Source: Paragordius varius
Taxonomy: Eukaryota; Animalia; Nematomorpha
DNA: 64,000 bases
Direction of reading: 5' to 3'
NCBI GenBank assembly: GCA_964247055.1
Contig: OZ176058.1
Location: forward strand, 2,852,001 to 2,916,000
A program made the position numbers and the translations under genes. The notes under the pieces were generated by a model that had not been told where the DNA came from, searched no databases, and saw nothing but the letters and a program-made list of their open reading frames with translations. This document shows, piece after piece, positions 59,554-64,000 of the stretch; the stretch's first letter is position 1; each line of letters opens with the position of its first letter.

Positions 59554-60198
59554 TATCACATTTGCGCTTCAAAAGTGTCCTTACACACTTCAAGTTGGTC
59601 TTTGAACATTTCAGGTTAGTCCTTTAACAATTCGAATTGGTCCTTGAACACTTCAAGTTGCTCCTTAAAATTTTGAAATTTTTACTTAACCATAATTTTT
59701 GCATGTACTTTTTAATTTTATTATTTGTTAATCTAATTTTCTTTATTTATTACATATTTTTCATTTAAAAATGAAAACTTTCATTCAAAAACCACTTTTT
59801 TGTTTTTAACTAATTTTTTTTCACTTTAACAAATTCATTCTAAAATTGCAAATAATAACCGACAAAACTTATATATTTTTTTGATTTGGAGTAAAATCTT
59901 TTAAAAGTCCAAAACAATATTAATATTGATATACGATTTTTTAATGATTAAAAGTTGATATTGATTTAAAATTTATCTTAAATAATAGAAAAAGGTTAAA
60001 AACGATAAAATAAATGAATGATTTACGATTTGATTGATAAAAGTTAAAACAAAACAAAAAATGTTAAAGGACCTATTTGAAGTGTTCAAGGACCAATTTG
60101 AAGTGTTCAAGGACCAACTTGAAATGTTCAAGGACCAACTTGAGGTGTTCGAGGACCAACTTGAAGTATTCAAGGACGCTTTTAAAGTGCAAATGGTA
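59554..60198. mobile_element. MITE family B
   Basis: catttgcgcttcaaaagtgtcc..aagttggtc at the left end; inverted aaggaccaacttgaa units and aagtgcaaatggta at the right end. Confidence 0.85.
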
Positions 60199-61431
60199 TA
60201 TCAGGATTATGATGGACCATTTGGTTTTGTTTATATAGCACCCCATTTGTAGGATCTGATACATATCAGAAAAACCCAAAATTTGCACACATTTTGCAAA
60301 ATAAATTTTTTTTTATTCCAAAAATATCGCTAAAATATAGCACATCAAGGTAAAATATATATAAAGTAAAATCTAATTCTAAATAGATTATCCAAAACGA
60401 TTTTGCTGCACGCAAAAACGATATTAATATTTTCTAGATTAGCTGTGTTCAACCGCTTCTCCAAAATATTTTGTGCAGTCTGCCGAAAATTTAAAAATAG
60501 GCTATTTTCAAATCATATAATTTTTGTAACAAATTTGCTCAATAATTCGTAAATTTGTCAACAAACTTGCAAAAATTAGTGAAATTATAATAAGAACATT
60601 GTGTTCGGATGTTACAGTTCTATGTTTAAAATCAAATAAAATAGTTTTTCGGGGCACCGAAGCCATTTGTTTTGAGCCACCTAGGCTATAATCCAAGGGT
60701 GGGCAGATTTTATAATTTTTGTTTTTTTATTTTGGATGATATATCTTCGAAATAATCGTAAATTTTTGATTAAAATCTAATTTATTATTATTTTAACATT
60801 TTTATGAGCACTTTTGCCTATCGAGCAAAGCGTGTTGGACCCTCTATAATATAACTAAAAAAATATATTTTTAACAAACTGTTAAAGCGCATGATATTTT
60901 CAAGCATGAAAGAAAAGTGTAGCTTTTGTTTATTAAATTTCTTATATAATTTGATAATTTTGAACATTTTTATAACCTCATAGTTACATTATAATACGGA
61001 TCGGTTTATCAAAAGCGTTTTTGAATTTAAAATTAAATAGAATTTTGTTCTGCTGAAATTTGAAAAACTATAATTTAATCAAAGTTTTATGATAATTTAA
61101 TTTTTATGACATTAAAATATATATAAATAAATGCATTTAAATTAAAGCGTCATTATACCGTTTCATAACCATAAAAAAAATACAGTCTAAATGTTTAAAA
61201 AATTAATATTTAAGGTTTGCATTTTTTAAAAATGTTGTATTTTATGGTATAATTATAATTACAATAAATTAATTTTCTTATAGTAAAATCTCGGCTTTTG
61301 TGCGTATTTTAATAAAACAAGCCCATATTAGAGGTAAAAGGGGTTTAAATTTAAGATTTTCGAGGTTCATATCCAAAAAATTTATAAAATTCTTTCATTT
61401 TTTTAACAATATTACAGTGTGAATTTTAATA

Positions 61432-61582
61432 GTAGCTTATTTAACACTATAGTTGGGCGATTTGCAACACAGTAGCGTATTAAAAAAAGAAAGGAAAAAT
61501 TATTTATTCCACATTTTGTTGTTTTTTACATACATTACTGTGTTGCGAATTACCCTACTATTGTAAGAAATAAGCAACCATT
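61432..61582. mobile_element. Small inverted-repeat element, family F
   Basis: gcttattt.acactatagt.gggc..ttgcaacacagta and its inverse; second copy at about 18172-18279. Confidence 0.68.
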
Positions 61583-62393
61583 AAAATCCATATTATAACA
61601 ATATTATCGTGGATAATGTAATCTGTTTTTTTATTATGTTGTAAAGGTAATTTATTTATTTGGTGTACAATTCTTATTGATCAAGACCTCTGACACAATA
61701 TATAAGGCATGTCTAATTTTTTTCATTTTTTAATAAGATTTTAAATAAAAAACATACAAAATTAAAAAAATTATACGCCTTATAGTTTAGTTTTAAAATA
61801 AATGCTTAATCAATATTTTTCTGATATATAAAGGATATTTATATAAAAACCCATAGTTTATTTTTTGTTTAAATTATTTATAAAAACCATATATGCAACT
61901 TAAATTCAATCATATAAATAGATGGCTGAATATTTATATTTACATTTTTCTAATTTTGGATTTATAATATATCAAACATTTGGCTCAATTTGACAATAGC
62001 ATCTATAATACAAATATAAGAAAATACAAAAATTACAAAAAAGTAATTTCATGCCGAATAGTAAATTATGGTTTGTTTCAAATTTATATCGCTAATACAA
62101 CAGCAAATAAATGTATATTTAATTGAATTTTTTAAATTCTTTTTCACCATCAATCAAATTATTTAACACTCCCTTACCTTTTCGCTAGCTATATCGCATA
62201 TTAATTTGAATTTTCGATATATTAAGAGGTGTTATAAGGTATTAAACAAAATTTAAAAATATGATTTTATACAAAGATTAATTCTTAAGAAATGTTAAAT
62301 TTCAAAATCCTCACCTCAAAATTTTTCGTTATTTCAAATTTATATAAATCGCTATACAATGACAAAATATTATAATTAAAATATTATATTATG

Positions 62394-62626
62394 TACCTAG
62401 TTTTCAAATTTCTTAAACAATTCGATTTCACCTTCGAACAATTAAAAATACACTAAAATAAATTATGTATTTTTTATACCTATATTTTTTTATATTTAAA
62501 AATGAATTCACGTTCAATATAATACTGGAAAAATAATAAACTATGCCACAAGAATACATTTAATGGAGTTATATAGCCCGAAAACACATAATTTATTTTT
62601 AGGGTGAATTTGAATTGTAAATGGTA
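62394..62626. mobile_element. MITE family A
   Basis: Shared interior and right TIR gggtgaatttgaattgtaaatggta. Confidence 0.78.
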
Positions 62627-64000
62627 ATTAACTTTGATAGTGTAAAAAATATTTGCTTTTTTATCTGATAATAGGTTATATTTAATAATATTCTAATCTA
62701 ATTAACTTTTAAACATTAGTTTATATACAAGATTGAGCTAGGATATAGAACTAATTTAATATTTTATCACGGACAAAAAGGGAAAAAGTCATGAAGGGTT
62801 GTTAAAATATAATTTTCAATATCTTTGTTAAAAGTTATTCTTTCATATGATTGTTTAATTTATAAAAAAATTTGGGTGTAATGTTATAAAAAATCATTTC
62901 TCATAAGCATCTCGACATATGCAATCCTCAACACTGCATGCAGACCTGTTTAGGAGTTTCAGTGAGTAGAGTTGATTGGGTTTTGACTTGATTGCTAATT
63001 TTAACCTTAAGACAATGACTAATATAAATGGCAACACAAAAACAGTCACTAGGATTAAAAAATACGTAATAAATTACGCTAAAAAATAAATTTATAAAGG
63101 TAAAATAGTTAATCAAAATATATTGTTTTTATTTTTAAAATATTATAATAATGAATGTAAATTAAACATTTTTTCTCAAACTCAAACAATGAAAATTATA
63201 AAAAAAACTAGGTATAAATTGGTTAGTCCTATTTAAAAATGATTGTCTTTTAGTGGTCATGGTTTGCATGTAGAATTCTGATTTTTACTATAATTGTGTA
63301 CAAATGTGAGACAATTAATAAATTTAAAAACTTATATATAATTAAGTGCGTTTAAAGTAAGTACAAAATTTAATATGAAACAACCAAGTGGGGTTTGTCA
63401 TGAGTGGAGGTAAGATTTTATAAACATCACAACCGTAATGAAGCAATACAGTATGAGTAAGTATATATTGCTAGATAGTTATTAATAATATCCACGGATA
63501 TGAAAGAAATTTATTGTTGGCTATAATAGTATAAAGTGAAAAAAAAACTATAAACCAATATTAATGCCCTTTGTTGTGTATGCTATTTGGCAATTATTAA
63601 TAACTTTCTAGCAATGTATACTTACTCACACTATACCTTGGTATTTATAATCAAAAAATAATATATATTAAAAAAAAAATTTAATTTTAACTTCATCACA
63701 CATATGCCCTTAATATGTTATCTACTTTTTGATGATTAAAAAAACTGATTCGGGAGAATTTACTATTCAACATTTTATTGATAATTCTTAATCACGTATT
63801 GGTTAATGGGCTTTAAATTTGACTGCAGAAGTTAAGTATAAGATACACGGTAAATATTTAAATTATACAGAGAAAACCTAAATTAAAGACATATATTATT
63901 AAAAGACAATCAGACTATTCAACCGTTTGACAATACATCACTTATTTTATACTTTGCAATCTAATTCAATGAGTTATAAATATTAAGTTAAAACAGTTTA

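Noticed and set aside
59973-60288. ORFs with FKDQLEV repeats
   Set aside because: Translation of the MITE family B right arm.
62928-63116. Cys-containing minus-strand ORF as an exon of a neighbouring gene
   Set aside because: It has a plausible acceptor but no recognisable domain and no partner exons; cannot be supported without transcripts.

Overview
Very AT-rich (by eye roughly 80% AT) animal genomic DNA; the taxon cannot be fixed from the sequence alone. Positions 126-56028 hold one minus-strand gene, a type-III classical cadherin (Drosophila N-cadherin/CadN, C. elegans HMR-1B class). I reconstructed it by hand as 53 phase-compatible GT-AG coding exons (12,454 nt, about 4,151 codons): signal peptide and long pro-region, about 15 EC repeats, NC domain, EGF, LamG1 and LamG2. 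The transmembrane and cytoplasmic exons lie beyond the left edge. The protein is inflated by many loop insertions, and one EGF module appears to be lost. Three layers of extra structure stand out. (1) CAGCTG E-boxes are heavily over-represented (47 counted, 33 in coding exons, in two reading frames), and exon 36 carries a tandem pair of perfect RFX X-boxes; together these suggest regulatory sites written into coding insertions. (2) At least 11 exons have decayed tandem 'echo' copies of their ends in the adjacent introns, including a candidate poison exon and candidate in-frame micro-exons. (3) The introns contain at least six MITE families, two of which share termini and a 21-bp subterminal repeat, and there is a pogo-like transposase fossil upstream. 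No other gene is supportable in 56-64 kb.
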